A DNA stretch of 64,000 bases from Isurus oxyrinchus (Eukaryota): contig JANJGN010000012.1 of the NCBI GenBank assembly GCA_026770705.1, forward strand, positions 128,712,001-128,776,000, given 5' to 3'. Under the pieces are notes generated by a model. That model was given only the letters and a program-made list of their open reading frames with translations. It searched no databases and was not told the DNA's origin. Position 1 is the first letter of the stretch. Each line of letters starts with the position of its first letter. This document shows, one piece after another, positions 63,446-64,000 of this stretch. The translations under genes were made by a program, and so were the position numbers.

Positions 63446-64000
63446 TTATCTTTGCATCCATTAAGATCATTGAACTTAATTGGATGTCATACAGAAGCAA
63501 AAGTCATCATTATTAAGCAGGAAAGCATGCTTACAATTGAGGCTGATCTATAAGGTTGATGAAACTGCTGATAAGCAGTCCAATAACATATTAAGGAATG
63601 AATTCCCAACATTATTTTCAGGCTTAGGAAAGCTGAGGACAGAATATCATGTAACCCCACAAGTTGATGCTTATCCAATTTGCCTCTTTACACAGAGGAA
63701 AGCCCCTCACCCACTCTTAGACAAAGTCAAGAGCAAGGCTGAACACATGTTATTGCAGGGCGTTATCTCTCCAGTAAACATACCAACAGAGTGGTGTTTT
63801 GTAATTGTCACAGTACCAAAGCCTAATGGTTCAATTCAATTGAATTGACTTGGCACAACTAAATAAATCAGTGGAACGTGAGATCCACCCAGAGACATCA
63901 GTGGATGGAGGTCTTGCCAAATTAGCAACAGGTACCCCATTCACCAAAGTAGAATCAAACAATGGGCTTTGGCAGTTGCTGCTTGACAAAGAATCCAGAT

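Larger units (their letters stand above)
61076..64000 (+). mobile_element. Decayed Gypsy/Ty3 LTR retrotransposon (5' LTR, gag, protease, RT start); runs off the window
   Basis: LTR TGTAA...AAACA 61076-61325 followed by PBS-like ttgttagcag; zinc knuckle CSRCGRKTLHKWKECPA near 62525; protease FKLDTG near 62800; RT GVISPV..PTEWC..IVTVPKPNGSI; multiple stops. Confidence 0.9.

Noticed and set aside
63029-63553. 174-aa ORF
   Set aside because: Antisense reading of a nested CR1 fragment.

Overview
This is repeat-rich, AT-rich vertebrate genomic DNA. The repeat families (HER1-type CR1 LINEs, Deu-domain SacSINE1-like SINEs, V-SINE, abundant Penelope-like pLTRs) point to a cartilaginous fish, probably a shark; this is inference from recall, not a search. 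No complete protein-coding gene is visible and almost all ORFs in the track are spurious or TE remnants. On the minus strand there is a chain of small, well-bounded exons (33271-33233, 27603-27549, terminal exon from 27276, possibly 53977-53918) that looks like the 3' end of an unidentified large-intron gene. A 25/26-bp inverted repeat brackets the penultimate exon. The most unusual signals are: (1) two families of Penelope-derived fold-back mini-elements with target-site duplications that carry a minimal hammerhead-ribozyme motif on each strand, one family with a non-canonical A6U core; (2) an apparently ORF1-less CR1/L2-group LINE whose 5' end is a tRNA-like Pol III head, present together with its internally deleted SINE-like derivatives; (3) a V-SINE with a teleost-like tail. 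A decayed Gypsy LTR element occupies the right end. Repeat boundaries are approximate unless TSDs or TIRs are quoted.
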